Source of the DNA: a virus
Taxonomy: Duplodnaviria; Caudoviricetes
Strand: one strand, 5' to 3'
Length of the DNA: 24,401 nt
IMG/VR virus record: IMGVR_UViG_3300031453_000083
Location: 1 to 24,401 of that record
The first letter of the stretch is position 1, and each line of letters opens with the position of its first letter. Made by a program: the position numbers and the translations under genes. Under the pieces are notes generated by a model. It ran no database searches and had not been told where the DNA came from. It worked only from the letters and a program-made list of their open reading frames with translations. This document shows positions 23,772-24,401 of the stretch, in pieces.

Positions 23772-24401
23772 CTAGATGCTCTTCGAGCCGTCAATCTGCC
23801 CAGACGGCAGCGTCTGCCTTGTAACCTGGACAGTCTGACCACCCTCGAGATTGACGATAAAGCGCTCGTTGATGGCCTGATACTGGATTTGCGCGTCAGA
23901 TTGCACATACCCCAGGCTCGTCCGGGATGGTGGGTTGTTGCTCAGGTCGCAGATCACCGAAAAAGGCTGAGCGCCATTCGTACTCCCAAGCACCCCTTGT
24001 CCAAGAAGGTTCTGGAGGAAGCTCAGCTGCGTGCTGCGGATACGCCGGAACAGTCCGGAGTTGATGACCTGGCCAACATACTGGCCCATTCCCGCACTCA
24101 GCGTCTCAGCGATGAAGTTCGTCAAACGGGTATAGTTATCGCCGTTGGTCGCGGCATTGGAACTGGAATTGTGCCCACCACGCACACCCCAGAATGCGCC
24201 AGCTGGCTGCGGATTGGCTATGACGTCGATCCCGGCGCCCAGCAACGCCGTCAACTCGGCCGAGCTATAGCCGCTTGAACTCCCGCTACCTGGCACACCG
24301 GACCGTTGCGTCCCGACAACCCCGTACAGCGGCTTGTTCAGGCTGCTCTGTTCCGGGCTCAAATTCGAAAGCCGGCCCGCGACAAAGCCTTGCGGACTGA
24401 C
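23772..24401 (-). CDS. Contractile tail sheath protein, C-terminal part (5' end outside the window)
   Basis: Frame is open to the window edge (VSPQGFVAGRL...). Sheath C-terminal motifs LLGAGIDVI, YTRLTNFI, FSVICDLSNNP..LGYVQSDAQIQY.AINERFIV. Confidence 0.85.
   Translation of the reverse strand, partial: VSPQGFVAGRLSNLSPEQSSLNKPLYGVVGTQRSGVPGSGSSSGYSSAELTALLGAGIDVIANPQPAGAFWGVRGGHNSSSNAATNGDNYTRLTNFIAETLSAGMGQYVGQVINSGLFRRIRSTQLSFLQNLLGQGVLGSTNGAQPFSVICDLSNNPPSRTSLGYVQSDAQIQYQAINERFIVNLEGGQTVQVTRQTLPSGQIDGSKSI

Larger units (their letters stand above)
1..24401 (-). mobile_element. Phage-derived contractile tail plus lysis operon (prophage, tailocin or GTA-like element; partial)
   Basis: Complete ordered sheath-tube-chaperone-TMP-baseplate-fibre-lysis module on one strand. 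No head, integrase or att site is visible in the window. Confidence 0.85.

Noticed and set aside
17285-24401. Afp/PVC-type eCIS or T6SS assignment
   Set aside because: Gene set and order are P2/Mu-like (G/GT chaperone, gpU, gpX, separate hub and HxH spike). No VgrG/PAAR, AAA ATPase or membrane complex genes are in the window.

Overview
The whole window is one minus-strand, tightly coupled operon (many TGATG/ATGA overlaps) from a GC-rich bacterium, probably an alphaproteobacterium judging by two RIME/BRU-RS-like palindromic repeats. It encodes the tail half of a contractile (myovirus-type) phage-like particle. Right to left: tail sheath (partial), tail tube, tail assembly chaperone with a GGGAAAT -1 frameshift and downstream hairpin, an unusually short Pro/Ala-rich tape measure (335 aa), tube initiator, LysM/gpX, hub, spike, gpW, baseplate J and gpI-like wedge. 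Next comes a ~15 kb adsorption/enzyme battery: Gly-rich fibre, fibre adaptor, beta-helix tailspike, 1119-aa mosaic fibre, LamG-SGNH esterase, FN3 plus divergent SASA-like esterase, and a RIFT-barrel/alpha-toroid lyase-like protein. The operon ends with a lysis cassette of two membrane proteins, a GH108 endolysin and a holin-like protein. No capsid, terminase, integrase or replication genes lie in the window, which is truncated upstream, so prophage, tailocin and GTA-like particle cannot be told apart here. The short disordered ruler, the decayed host-type repeats inside the operon and the polysaccharide-modifying enzyme array suggest a domesticated, enzyme-armed contractile particle. All family calls come from motif recognition by eye; no database searches were run.
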